Source: Polyangiaceae bacterium
GTDB taxonomy: Bacteria > Myxococcota_A > Polyangia > Polyangiales > Polyangiaceae
Reading direction: 5' to 3'
Assembly: GCA_044376115.1 (NCBI GenBank)
Contig: JBILLK010000019.1
Span: forward strand, 128,001 to 192,000
DNA: 64,000 nt
Every line of letters starts with the position of its first letter. Position 1 is the stretch's first letter. The position numbers and the translations under genes are program-made. Below, one piece after another: positions 20,235 to 29,559 of this stretch. The notes under the pieces were generated by a model that was not told the DNA's origin, did not search any database, and saw nothing but the letters and a program-made list of their open reading frames with translations.

Positions 20235-20806
20235 TGACTTACCGGTTCTCCCTGGGGCTCTTTACCGCCAGCGACGTTGCTACCGCGAAGGCTCAACACG
20301 TAAGCCGTAGCCGCGCGGACTTTGCCCTCGCCGAGTTGCTTGCCCCAAGCAGGCATCTGCTTGGCGAGGTAGCCGTTCTTGATTGTGTTGTAGGTGTCCG
20401 TTGGCTTCGCGCCATGCAGCACGAAGTTGTCGGTGAGGTTGGGCCCTGTAGCGCCTTTGCCGCCTTCAGCGTGGCAGGTGACACAGTTGGTGACGAAGAG
20501 CTCCTTGCCCTGGTTGATTGAGGATTGGTTCTTTGAAAGGGCCAGTAGCAGCTCGTCCGTAGCTTCTCCAGCTGCCAACATCTCTGCTGCCGCCTTGGCG
20601 TCACGCTCGGCCACGACCTCGGCGTACTCCTCGGAGGGCAGCAGGCCTTTGTCGAAGGTATGGTAGTAAATCCAATAACCACCCGCGAAGCTGATGCACA
20701 GGAAGAAGGTGGTCAGCCACCAGCGCGGCAGCATGTTGTCGTACTCGAGGATGCCGTCATACTCGTGCACGTTCTGGCCCGGAGGGGCATCGGGGTGCTC
20801 CTTCAT
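20231..20806 (-). CDS. ccoP: cbb3 oxidase subunit III (monoheme CcoP)
   Basis: HEYDGILEYDN.LPRWW; single CVTCH; GPNLTD; MPAW. Confidence 0.93.
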   Translation of the reverse strand: MKEHPDAPPGQNVHEYDGILEYDNMLPRWWLTTFFLCISFAGGYWIYYHTFDKGLLPSEEYAEVVAERDAKAAAEMLAAGEATDELLLALSKNQSSINQGKELFVTNCVTCHAEGGKGATGPNLTDNFVLHGAKPTDTYNTIKNGYLAKQMPAWGKQLGEGKVRAATAYVLSLRGSNVAGGKEPQGEPVSQ

Positions 20807-20985
20807 AGGTCACCGTCCTTGTCATCGCTGAGGGGTAGAATCGCCAGTTGGTCGCACTCGGATTGCTTGCGTCCGAACGTGTTCAGCGCAATCAGCATGG
20901 CCGCGAAGCCGAAGAAGAAGAGTGCGACTGCCGGATAGGCGAGTAGCGGACTGTCGTGAAACATCTGAGAAACTAAGCGGGACAT
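20803..20985 (-). CDS. ccoQ: Small cbb3 subunit, CcoQ-like
   Basis: 60 aa with a single TM helix and a C-terminal A.LPL.DD motif, lying between ccoO and ccoP; GGAGG SD upstream. Confidence 0.75.
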   Translation of the reverse strand: MSRLVSQMFHDSPLLAYPAVALFFFGFAAMLIALNTFGRKQSECDQLAILPLSDDKDGDL

Positions 20986-20986
20986 T

Positions 20987-23287
20987 TCAACCTCCTCCTG
21001 GGAGACCGAGGCATTGCAAGTAGGCGATGATCGCAACCATCTCGGACCGCGGATCCACTTTGATCTTCTGCTCGGCTAGGTCGGCCGTGATCTTCTCTGC
21101 TTGTTTGAGCGCTGCAGGCTCGGCCTGCTGCACGTCGGCGACCGTGTACGGCACGCCGACCGAGCGAAGGGCTCGCAGTTTTCCTTCGGTGGCTTTGTAG
21201 TCCACCAAGTTGGTCTCGAATTGCGCATAGCTGGGCATGTTGGAGCCGGCCGATAGCTGCGGTGGATTGATGAAGTGCTGGTAGTGCCAGGCGCTCGGGT
21301 TCTTATTGCCTTGTCGAGCAAGGTCAGGACCTGTTCGCTTGGAGCCCCAGGTGAAGGGGTGGTCGTACTGCGAGTCCGCCATCATCGAGGCTTCGCCGTA
21401 GCGTTGCGTCTCGGTGGCGAAGGGGCGGATCATCTGCGAGTGGCAGGTTGAACAGCCCTCGCGGATGTAGATGTCACGGCCTTCGAGTTCGAGCGCGGTG
21501 TAGGGCCTGGCGCCGGTCTTGTCGCCAGCCGCGGGGGCTGCCATCAGCGCAGGGACAATCTGCACGACGCCGCCCACCAGCACCGCGCCTACTGTGAGGA
21601 CCGTAAGGATCAGCGCGCGACCCTCGAGCAAACGATGCCAAGACTTCTCGTGGTCGGTCGTGGCGGTGAGGCGCTGGATGATGAAGCCGCCGAGGGCAAC
21701 GGCAACGAAGAAGGCGAAGAAGGCTACACCGGTAATCGCGTCACCACGGCCCGCCAGCACCAGTAGCACAATTGCAACCACCGACAGTCCGAGCGGCGTG
21801 CCGAGCAGAATCGCGCGGGTCGAAGGATCCTTCTTCTTCTCCTCGGGGATCACGACCTCGACGCTGGTCTCGACCGGCGCGCCGGAACGAGCCGTCTGCA
21901 CTAGGTTGACCACCATCATGATCATGCCGACGAAGTACATCAGGCCGCCGACGAGTCGCACGTAGTACATCGGGCGGAGTGCGACGACCGTCTCGAGGAA
22001 GGTGTAGGTCAGGCTGCCGTCTTCGCGCGTCGCCTTCCACATCAGGCCTTGGGTCACGCCAGCGACCCACATCGATACCATGTAGAGAACGATGCCGATG
22101 GTCGCGAGCCAGAAGTGGGCATTCGCCGACGACTCCGACTTGAGCTTCGTCCCGTACAGCTTCGGAACTAAGTAGTAAAACATGCCGGCGGCCATGAAGC
22201 CGTTCCAGCCGAGGGCCCCGGAGTGCACGTGGCCGACGATCCAATCGGTGTAGTGGGCGAGCCCGCTGACGCTGCGAATGGAGAGCAGGGGGCCTTCGAA
22301 AGTGGCCATGCCGTAGAAGGTCAATGCGGCTGCAAAGAACTTCAGCACCGGGTCGCGACGCAGTTGCGCCCAAGCGCCACGCAGCGTGAAAAGGCCGTTG
22401 ATCATGCCGCCCCAGCTGGGAGCCCACAACATCACGCTGAAGACCATACCGAGCGTCTGCAGCCAATCCGGCAGCGCCGTATTGAGCAAGTGATGGGGGC
22501 CGGCCCAGATGTAGAGAAACACCAAGGCCCAAAAGTGGATGATCGAAAGCTTGTACGAATAGACCGGGCGATTGGCCGCCTTCGGTACGAAGTAGTACAT
22601 GATGCCGAGGATCGGCGTAGTGAGGAAGAACGCTACTGCGTTATGGCCGTACCACCACTGAATCAGCGCGTCCTGCGTACCGCCGAATAGCGAGTAGCCC
22701 TTGATTGCACTCACCGGGATGGCGAGCGAATTGACGATGTGGAGGATGGCGATGGTGACGATGGTCGCGATGTAGAACCAGAGCCCAACGTACAGGTGCT
22801 TCTCGGCGCGCTTGGCCAACATCCAAAAGAAGTTGATGCCGAAGACCACCCAAACCAGCGCAATCGCGATGTCGATGGGCCACTCCAGCTCGGCGTACTC
22901 CTTACCGGAGGTGATACCGAGGGGCAGTGAGATGGCTGCGGCGACGATGATGGCCTGCCAGCCAAAGAAGTGAAACTTCGCCAGGAAGTCCGAGGGCAGG
23001 CGAGCCTTCATCAGCCGTTGCGATGAATAGTAAACGCCAGCGAACATCATGTTGCCGACGAAGGCGAAGATGGCTGCATTGGTATGCAGCGGGCGCAACC
23101 TGCCGTAGCTGAGGATCGGGTGAAGGTTGGCGCCTTGAAAGGCAAGTTGGGTTGCGACGATCACTCCCAAGAGGAGCGCCACCACGGCGAACGTGACCGA
23201 AGCCATGATGAACCACCGCACGACCCAGTCGTTGTAGGTGATGGTCACTCTTCTCTGAGCTTCTGCGGGTTTGGCTGTCTTTTTCAT
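20987..23287 (-). CDS. ccoN: Fused cbb3 cytochrome c oxidase subunits I/II (CcoNO)
   Basis: YGRLRPLHTN, QWWYGHNAV, WAGPHHL, GHVHSGALGW; CcoO part GRDIYIREGCSTCHSQMIRP, WGSKRTGPDL. Confidence 0.97.
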   Translation of the reverse strand: MKKTAKPAEAQRRVTITYNDWVVRWFIMASVTFAVVALLLGVIVATQLAFQGANLHPILSYGRLRPLHTNAAIFAFVGNMMFAGVYYSSQRLMKARLPSDFLAKFHFFGWQAIIVAAAISLPLGITSGKEYAELEWPIDIAIALVWVVFGINFFWMLAKRAEKHLYVGLWFYIATIVTIAILHIVNSLAIPVSAIKGYSLFGGTQDALIQWWYGHNAVAFFLTTPILGIMYYFVPKAANRPVYSYKLSIIHFWALVFLYIWAGPHHLLNTALPDWLQTLGMVFSVMLWAPSWGGMINGLFTLRGAWAQLRRDPVLKFFAAALTFYGMATFEGPLLSIRSVSGLAHYTDWIVGHVHSGALGWNGFMAAGMFYYLVPKLYGTKLKSESSANAHFWLATIGIVLYMVSMWVAGVTQGLMWKATREDGSLTYTFLETVVALRPMYYVRLVGGLMYFVGMIMMVVNLVQTARSGAPVETSVEVVIPEEKKKDPSTRAILLGTPLGLSVVAIVLLVLAGRGDAITGVAFFAFFVAVALGGFIIQRLTATTDHEKSWHRLLEGRALILTVLTVGAVLVGGVVQIVPALMAAPAAGDKTGARPYTALELEGRDIYIREGCSTCHSQMIRPFATETQRYGEASMMADSQYDHPFTWGSKRTGPDLARQGNKNPSAWHYQHFINPPQLSAGSNMPSYAQFETNLVDYKATEGKLRALRSVGVPYTVADVQQAEPAALKQAEKITADLAEQKIKVDPRSEMVAIIAYLQCLGLPGGG

Positions 23288-23466
23288 AGCTGTTGGTCCG
23301 TCTGGCTTTCGGGCTTAACCGAGGGCTTCTGATCCTCGCGAAGCGGCAACAAAGCGAGTCTGAGGCTGTGCTGGTGATTTCCGTCGTTGGACGAGCGGAG
23401 GAACAGCAGCAGGCCAAGGGTCGTCAGGCACAGGCTGACGAAGAGGCTGAGGTCGAGTGCGTCCAC
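23284..23466 (-). CDS. ccoS: cbb3 maturation protein CcoS/FixS
   Basis: 60 aa with an N-terminal TM helix, then G..Q...RLALLPL; lies between ccoI and ccoN. Confidence 0.75.
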   Translation of the reverse strand: MDALDLSLFVSLCLTTLGLLLFLRSSNDGNHQHSLRLALLPLREDQKPSVKPESQTDQQL

Positions 23467-25847
23467 AGGGTTCCTTTCGGGCCGATTGCCGCCATGACAA
23501 TCGAGACCGAGATGAGGGTCGATAACGGCATTAAAATCGCCGCTGAGAGAGGGTTCATGGCACCGCTAAATGCGATAGTGAGCGCGATAACGTTGTAGCT
23601 GACGGCCCAGGTCAGACTGCGATCCTGGGCCTTCGCGAGGGCGCGGGCGCTGCGGAATAACTTCGCAATGGCGTTTACGCCGGGCCGAAGCAGGTAGAAG
23701 TCGGTGCGCGCGGCGAGGAAGGTGGTGCCGGCGACGGGCGTGCCAGCTGCATAGGCGGCGGTGGCCGCAAGTGCGTCATTGAGGCCATCCCCGACGAACA
23801 GCGACTTGCCTCCAAGCGACTTCACGATGGCAGCTTTGCTTTCCGGCGTCGCTTCGAAGAACACACGGCTCTCGGGGATGGCGCAGGTGCGAGCGACCCG
23901 CAGCGCGCGCTCTTCCGCGTCGCCCGTCGCGAGATAGGAGGTTAAATCGAGTTCGCCTAACTCACGCACGGTACGGCTCGCGTCGGCGAATAGGCAGTCC
24001 TCGGTCTTCGCTGCCAGCCGCACTTCGCCGTCCCGAGCGAACACGATGTCGAAGCTGGGGTCGGCGCCGAGCCAGCGCGGTGAGCCCAGGGCGTAGCTAT
24101 GACCATCGAGCGAGACCACGAGGCCGCGACCGGCTTGCTCGTGCGTCGCGAGCTCGAGCCAGGGAGCGCTCTCGATCTCACGCAGCGCGGCGGCCAGCGC
24201 GACGGCTTTGGGGTGCCGCGAGCGTTGCGCGAGGTTGGCCAAGATGGCCCGCTCTCCGACCGGGAGGCCGAGCAGTTGCTGCCGAGTGGCCTCCGAGAGG
24301 CGGCTCTCGGTAAGCGTGCCGGTTTTGTCGAAGATCACCGTGCGAATCGCGAGCAAGCGCTCGAGCAGGGTGGAGGAGCGCACCAGCACGCCCTCTTGCC
24401 GCAGGCGCATCAACGTCAGCTCATTGGCGAGGGGCGTGGCAATGCCGAAGCCACAGGGGCAGGTCACCACCAAAATGGCGGTTAGCGTGCCCAGCGTGTC
24501 GAGCCAGTCCTGCGTACGGGCGTAGGCGATGGTCGCTCCGAGGGCGGCGACCAGCAGTACACCGATAACCCAGTAGCGAGAGATGAAGCGTTCGCGCGCT
24601 GATTGACTATCGGCGTAACGCTCATCGCGCACGGGGGTGCGCAGCAGCGGCAACAGGCGTGACTCCGCGAAGGCTTCGCTTGCGATCACGGTGATCGGGC
24701 TCGATTCGGCGTTGGCCATGCCTGCGAGCACGGGCGCGTTCTCCTGCAGCGTGCGCTCCTCCGATTCCCCGGTGAGCCAAGCCGCTGAGAAGCGAGCCTC
24801 GCTGGCGGCCAGCCGAGCCAGCACCGGGGAGACATCGCGGGGGGCGAGGATCAGCTCATCGCCGGGGCGAATCGATTCGGCGGGGACCACCTCGACCAGT
24901 GCGTCGGCACCGACTTGCTTGGTCTTACGTCGCACCAAGAGCGCGCCTGCTTCCGCGTCGGTTAGCAGCGTCGCGCGGTTCTTCTCGAGGACCCGCTCGC
25001 GCAAGAAGCGGCCGAGCAGCATCAGCGCGAGGAAGATGCTGATGGTGTCGAAGTAAACGGCGTCGTGACGCCCAGCCAGATAGAGGGCGACGCTTCCGCC
25101 ATAGCCCGTTAGCAGGCCGACCACGATGGGAAGGTCGAGATGCAGCATGCCGCGCCTCAGCCCTTGCCAAGCTCCGCGAAAGAAGACGGGACCACCAACC
25201 CAAAGGCTGATGCTGGCGAGCACCAACTCGAGAGTCATCAACGTGGATGAAAGTTGCGTGTCGGCGAGCCCGGCGTAGCGCGCCACGGCGAAGCTCATGA
25301 TGTTGAGCCCCAGCGCGATCGACACGCCCATCCGCCACAACAGGTCGTCGCTACGCGGGCGTGCGCCTGTTCGCTCTGGCCCCAATTGGTAGCCAAAGCG
25401 CTGCACGGTTTCGGCAAAGGCGAGCAGCGGAAAGTCCTTTTCCACCGTAAGCTCGACCGTGCCAAGCACCGGATTGACGACAATCGAGGCACCCTCGGCT
25501 GCGCGCTGGGTCAGCTCCTCAAGCAGCCAAACGCAGGCCGCGCAATTGATGCCCTCGATCGAGAGGTGCAACGTCGTGATGCCCTCGACGTTCGCGAGGT
25601 CACTGGCGGCGCGCTCCAGCCACATCCGGCCCATCGGATCGGTGCCCGTCTCCCGCGCAGGCGGGATCGGGCAGTCCTTAAGATCGTAGAAGCGCTCCAA
25701 GCTCTGCTCGCGCATGAGCCGGTAGATGGATTCACAGCCGACGCAGCAGAACTCGGAAAGGCAGGGCGTGCTGCAGTGAAGACAGACCGTGGCGCTATTG
25801 GAACGAGTGTCTTTAGACAAAGAATCCACATCGGTGAGGCGGTTCAT
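23424..25847 (-). CDS. ccoI: Cu-translocating P1B ATPase CcoI/FixI
   Basis: CLHC...FCCVGC N-terminus, GINCAAC, TGES, CPC, DKTGTLT, GDGLND. Confidence 0.93.
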   Translation of the reverse strand: MNRLTDVDSLSKDTRSNSATVCLHCSTPCLSEFCCVGCESIYRLMREQSLERFYDLKDCPIPPARETGTDPMGRMWLERAASDLANVEGITTLHLSIEGINCAACVWLLEELTQRAAEGASIVVNPVLGTVELTVEKDFPLLAFAETVQRFGYQLGPERTGARPRSDDLLWRMGVSIALGLNIMSFAVARYAGLADTQLSSTLMTLELVLASISLWVGGPVFFRGAWQGLRRGMLHLDLPIVVGLLTGYGGSVALYLAGRHDAVYFDTISIFLALMLLGRFLRERVLEKNRATLLTDAEAGALLVRRKTKQVGADALVEVVPAESIRPGDELILAPRDVSPVLARLAASEARFSAAWLTGESEERTLQENAPVLAGMANAESSPITVIASEAFAESRLLPLLRTPVRDERYADSQSARERFISRYWVIGVLLVAALGATIAYARTQDWLDTLGTLTAILVVTCPCGFGIATPLANELTLMRLRQEGVLVRSSTLLERLLAIRTVIFDKTGTLTESRLSEATRQQLLGLPVGERAILANLAQRSRHPKAVALAAALREIESAPWLELATHEQAGRGLVVSLDGHSYALGSPRWLGADPSFDIVFARDGEVRLAAKTEDCLFADASRTVRELGELDLTSYLATGDAEERALRVARTCAIPESRVFFEATPESKAAIVKSLGGKSLFVGDGLNDALAATAAYAAGTPVAGTTFLAARTDFYLLRPGVNAIAKLFRSARALAKAQDRSLTWAVSYNVIALTIAFSGAMNPLSAAILMPLSTLISVSIVMAAIGPKGTLWTHSTSASSSACA

Positions 25848-25889
25848 TCGCCCTCCGTGATCCCCCGTAGCGGTTGATGAGAAGTTGGT

Positions 25890-26543
25890 TCAGGTACCGG
25901 TCATGGCGTTCGACGCGTGCGGTCCCTCGGGACCACGACCAGCCGACGAATAGACATGCGCGCGCACGTGGTACTGCGAGTGCCGAGTGCACCAAAGCTT
26001 GGCGCCGTTGCTGATCTGGCGGCTCGTCGCGCAATCAGGGCAGACAGGCTCAATCTCGGGGACGCGCCACTCCGCCTTGTGGTTCTTATCGCGCACCACG
26101 GTGACCTCACACCCAGCCAGGCGCACGACCTTCTCGGCTACCGAGCCGAGCAGCATGCGCTTTAGGCCGCGCCGATTGTGCGAACCGAGCAAAATGCGGT
26201 CGGCGTTCAAGTGGGCCGCGAGCCAGACGATCTCGTCGGCGGGGTTACCGATCGAGCGGTGCGCTTCGACGCGGAGGAGCGGAAGCCGCGGTTCGCGCTT
26301 GCGGAACTCCTCGATGTTTTCGCTGATGGTGCGTGAGAAGTCTCCCATGTCGACCTGCGACATGGCGGCGTAGGGTGCGGTCGCGAGGTCTGAACCAACG
26401 GCAAAGGCCGGCGTGGCAACCGCCAGAATATGCAGGTCCGTGGGTTCATGGGCTGCAGCAACGGCGAGCGCCGCCTGCAACACAAACGACGATCCGACTT
26501 CAAGGTCGACTGCGGTGAGGAGGACGTACGGATGTTGAGACAT
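25890..26543 (-). CDS. Universal stress protein with a C-terminal Cys/His metal-binding extension
   Basis: G.PADEIV..A....AD.I.LGSH.R.GL.R.LLGSVAEKVVR.A.C; tail CPDC...WCTRH...H...H. Confidence 0.9.
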   Translation of the reverse strand: MSQHPYVLLTAVDLEVGSSFVLQAALAVAAAHEPTDLHILAVATPAFAVGSDLATAPYAAMSQVDMGDFSRTISENIEEFRKREPRLPLLRVEAHRSIGNPADEIVWLAAHLNADRILLGSHNRRGLKRMLLGSVAEKVVRLAGCEVTVVRDKNHKAEWRVPEIEPVCPDCATSRQISNGAKLWCTRHSQYHVRAHVYSSAGRGPEGPHASNAMTGT

Positions 26544-26555
26544 GCGACGCTCCTC

Positions 26556-26571
26556 AGCATGCGGCGTGCCA
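26556..26571 (-). promoter_or_regulatory. sigma54 (-24/-12)-like promoter for the usp-cco operon
   Basis: Minus strand TGGCAC-GCCGC-ATGCT with GG-N10-GC spacing; predicted +1 near 26545, next to the ATG at 26543. Confidence 0.6.
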
Positions 26572-26683
26572 CCGGCGCAGAAGCTGGGTTTAGGCTTGAT
26601 CAGCGCTGCCCGGAGGTGTCGCGAGCACGCGGTTCAAGCTCGGCGGTGCAAAGGCTTCGGAGGGACGCAGTTCTTGCGCCGGC

Positions 26684-27232
26684 TCAGCGATCCCACTCCA
26701 GCCGAATGATTGCGCCATCGCGGGTGCGACGGGCAATTCCTCGGGGGTTGCTGCGACCAGCGGCGCGCAGCGTGCTCTCGATGCCCACACGCAAGCCGCG
26801 CAGAGCGAACTCGCTGATAGCGGGCCAGCCTTCAACCTCGATCTCGGCCTCGCGCGGTTGCGACTTGATGACCTTGGCGCTGCCTTGCTGGTACGCGCGT
26901 TTGAAGATCACCGGCGTCTTTGCGACCAGAAGGTTGTCGGAGGTGAGGCGCAAGAGCGCACGCCAAATGGTAGTCACGGCTTGGCCCACGACTTGGGACG
27001 CGATCTGGGTGTGAAGCTCCGCAACCGAGAGCTTCTGCGACGGCGCGAGAAGCTCGTAGAGCCGCTCGAGCGCGTCGATGCGTACCCAAGAGAGCGGGGT
27101 GACGAGCCGCAGAGCTTCCTGGTCTTCGCGCATCAGCTGTTCGAACAGCTGGTCATAAAGAGCGGGTCCCACGCGGGTTTGCAGCGCTGCAATGTGACTG
27201 CGCACCATGGCACCGGAGATGTGTTCAACCAT
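26684..27232 (-). CDS. Myxobacterial hypothetical protein (DUF2378/V4R-like)
   Basis: Coupled to the upstream gene; pattern (V.PLSWV, L.AKTP.IF.R.Y..G, GIE..L.AAG) typical of expanded myxobacterial families. Confidence 0.55.
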   Translation of the reverse strand: MVEHISGAMVRSHIAALQTRVGPALYDQLFEQLMREDQEALRLVTPLSWVRIDALERLYELLAPSQKLSVAELHTQIASQVVGQAVTTIWRALLRLTSDNLLVAKTPVIFKRAYQQGSAKVIKSQPREAEIEVEGWPAISEFALRGLRVGIESTLRAAGRSNPRGIARRTRDGAIIRLEWDR

Positions 27233-28568
27233 CCGTTGCCCCCCGTTTGCGCAAAATCGAAGCAAACGAGCGAGTCTTGAGGTCTGAAAGCTCGAGGCCG
27301 AGACGCTCGGTCATTTCGACCGCATCGAGAGCTCCACAATGGATGCCTCGCAAGAAGAAGTTGAGCAGCCCTTGTCCGGTTGCTGCGTCGTCGAAGGTGT
27401 GGCCCACGAGGGTCGCTCGTGAAGCGACCGAGAGGAAGTTTACGAGCCTCTCCACCATGGGCTCGAGCGATTTCAGGAAGAACGCGTAAACCGCTGCATA
27501 GCGAGCGGGTAGCTGGGCAGGGTGCAAGTCCCAGCCCTGATAGAGCCCGCTGCGCAGTGCCCGCGTTACGTTGTCTGCATGCAGCCGAGACGCTGCAAGC
27601 ATTGCAGCGCGATTGGCTACGCGCTGCTCTTGGCTGAGCTCGGCCGGACTGCCCCGATAGATCGGGACCGGCAGTACGTTGGTCGCGCCGTCGGAGAGGA
27701 ACACGCCGCGGCCTGCCAAACTCACCTGCATGACTTCGCGCGCAAAATCGCATGCAGGGTGCGCCAGCGATTGGGCGGAGGCGACCACGTTACAGCTGGC
27801 AGTGTAGTCGTACGCACCGAAGTGCGCAGCGAAGCAACGCCCCTTCGCCGCTTGCACCAGGCGAGGCAAATTCGCCTGGCCTTCCGCATCGAAAAGCGCT
27901 TGCGGCGTCTCGACCATGAGCTCGATGCGCACGCTACCCTCGGGCAGCTTGGCTTCGGCCTCGAGCGAGCTGAGCAAGTCGGCGAGCACGGCTACCTGGG
28001 CCGGGATGGTCACTTTGGGGAGCGTGACCACGAAGTTGCTCGGCAAAGCTCCACCCAGCGTTGAAGCGAGCCTGCCGATGAAAAGCTCCAGCGTTCGAAA
28101 GGCGCGTGCGGAAGACTCTTCGCTGAACGACTTGATGCGCACGCCGACGAAGGGCGGCAACATCCCGGCCTGCTTGGCTGTGGCGAGTTCGGTGGCTGCC
28201 CGCACAGCTTCTGCGTCCTCCTCCTGATCCGAGCGCACGCCAAAGCCATCCTCGAAGTCGATGCGGAAGTCTTCGACGGGCTCGCTCTTGAGCTTGTGAG
28301 CCACGCGCTGGTAGAGCTGCTCCGCGGTCTTTCCGGAGAGGCCCAGCCCCAGCGCGTCGGAGAGCGCTGGCCCGTCGTCGGCCAGCTCGTTCAGCGCACG
28401 AAGCGCCAGCTCACCCAGCTTGCGAGGGGTGGTGGCTTTAAAAAGATGAGCGCCGCCGTATACAGTGTGTACCGGCTGGCGCTCCAGAAGGTCCCCGGGA
28501 TAGTCGCGACGAAAGGCTGCGTTTGCCCGCTTGAGCTCCAGCGCAAGTCGAGTTCGCGTCGCCACCAA
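27225..28568 (-). CDS. DUF6986 / HpcH-CitE-like TIM-barrel (aldolase/lyase/malate-synthase superfamily) protein
   Basis: RQPVHTVYGGAHLF, PVEDFRIDFEDGFG, ELMVET, HFGAYDYTA, LSDGATNVLP, YQGWDLHPAQL; start TTG 28568 or GTG 28565. Confidence 0.8.
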   Translation of the reverse strand: MVATRTRLALELKRANAAFRRDYPGDLLERQPVHTVYGGAHLFKATTPRKLGELALRALNELADDGPALSDALGLGLSGKTAEQLYQRVAHKLKSEPVEDFRIDFEDGFGVRSDQEEDAEAVRAATELATAKQAGMLPPFVGVRIKSFSEESSARAFRTLELFIGRLASTLGGALPSNFVVTLPKVTIPAQVAVLADLLSSLEAEAKLPEGSVRIELMVETPQALFDAEGQANLPRLVQAAKGRCFAAHFGAYDYTASCNVVASAQSLAHPACDFAREVMQVSLAGRGVFLSDGATNVLPVPIYRGSPAELSQEQRVANRAAMLAASRLHADNVTRALRSGLYQGWDLHPAQLPARYAAVYAFFLKSLEPMVERLVNFLSVASRATLVGHTFDDAATGQGLLNFFLRGIHCGALDAVEMTERLGLELSDLKTRSFASILRKRGATDG

Positions 28569-28578
28569 GGTCAGCCCC

Positions 28579-29514
28579 TCAGAACCCGCAGTTGGCGCGC
28601 ATGCGTTCGGCACCGAGCCAGCGAGCCGCCTTGCGCTTGGCGATGGTGTTGGGCAGGCGCTGATAGGGATCCCCATCGCCAGCCGCGAGCACCTCTTCCA
28701 GCGTCTTTACATAGTTATCTTTGTCTTTGGTATTGCAGTAGTAGCGCACTGCGAGCTGCACCTTAGGCAGCAGGCTCTTGCCTTCAGAGATGGCGAGGGC
28801 CTTGTCGAACAGGCCCTTGGCCTCGTCGAGTTCGGCCATCGGCGTACGCGCATGGAACGAGGCCAGCACCACATAGCCGGAGCCGTTCATGTACGTCGGA
28901 TCCAGCTCGACGCTCTTCTCCATCAGAGCAACGCCCACGTACAGTTCTCCGACGAGCTCGGGCTTCTCTTTCGCCACGTTCACGCGACCAACCCAGGCGT
29001 TTCCAAGCCAGAACAGCTTCTCTGCGTCTTCCGGATCCTCGAAGTTCGCCAAGTAAGCTTTCATCGTATCGAGGTTGCGAGTCGCCTCTTTGAAGCCGGG
29101 CACGTCCTGCTCGACCAATTGCGTTCCGTACCAGATCGAACGCTCATACGCCTGTTCGGCGCGGCGCTTGTGGTAGTCCCAGTTGGCCCCGGTTCCCTCC
29201 GCATCTTCGGTGGTTTCCATCGAGTCTTCGATGAAGCCGAAGGACACGCTGGCCCACGAACGCGTGAGCATGAACAGCGCATCCTCGTTCTCCGGAGCCA
29301 AGAAGCGCATGCCTTCAATCTGCGCGAGACCGGCCATTGCAGCCTTCTCGGCCACTTCGTAGTCCCCGATGGTGTTAACCGCGACGCTGGCTTTGCGCGT
29401 CGACGAGATTTGACCATCCAATAGGATTTTCTTGATGCAACCGCTGGTGCCTAGTGAAGAGAGGGCGAGCAACGCGGCGGGAACGAGGGTCGATAGACGG
29501 GCCATAGGCCGCAT
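28579..29514 (-). CDS. TRAP transporter T-component (TatT) family TPR lipoprotein
   Basis: Lipobox-like GTSGC; DYEVAEKAAMAGLAQIEG; ELDP.Y..G; N.IAKRKA.R. Confidence 0.75.
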   Translation of the reverse strand: MRPMARLSTLVPAALLALSSLGTSGCIKKILLDGQISSTRKASVAVNTIGDYEVAEKAAMAGLAQIEGMRFLAPENEDALFMLTRSWASVSFGFIEDSMETTEDAEGTGANWDYHKRRAEQAYERSIWYGTQLVEQDVPGFKEATRNLDTMKAYLANFEDPEDAEKLFWLGNAWVGRVNVAKEKPELVGELYVGVALMEKSVELDPTYMNGSGYVVLASFHARTPMAELDEAKGLFDKALAISEGKSLLPKVQLAVRYYCNTKDKDNYVKTLEEVLAAGDGDPYQRLPNTIAKRKAARWLGAERMRANCGF

Positions 29515-29559
29515 GCGTACCCAAACCTGAGCCAGCTAGCAACTGGGACCAGGTGTTGA

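Noticed and set aside
26596..26609. TTGAT half-site upstream of usp considered as an FNR box
   Set aside because: The second half-site (ATCAA at N4 spacing) is absent
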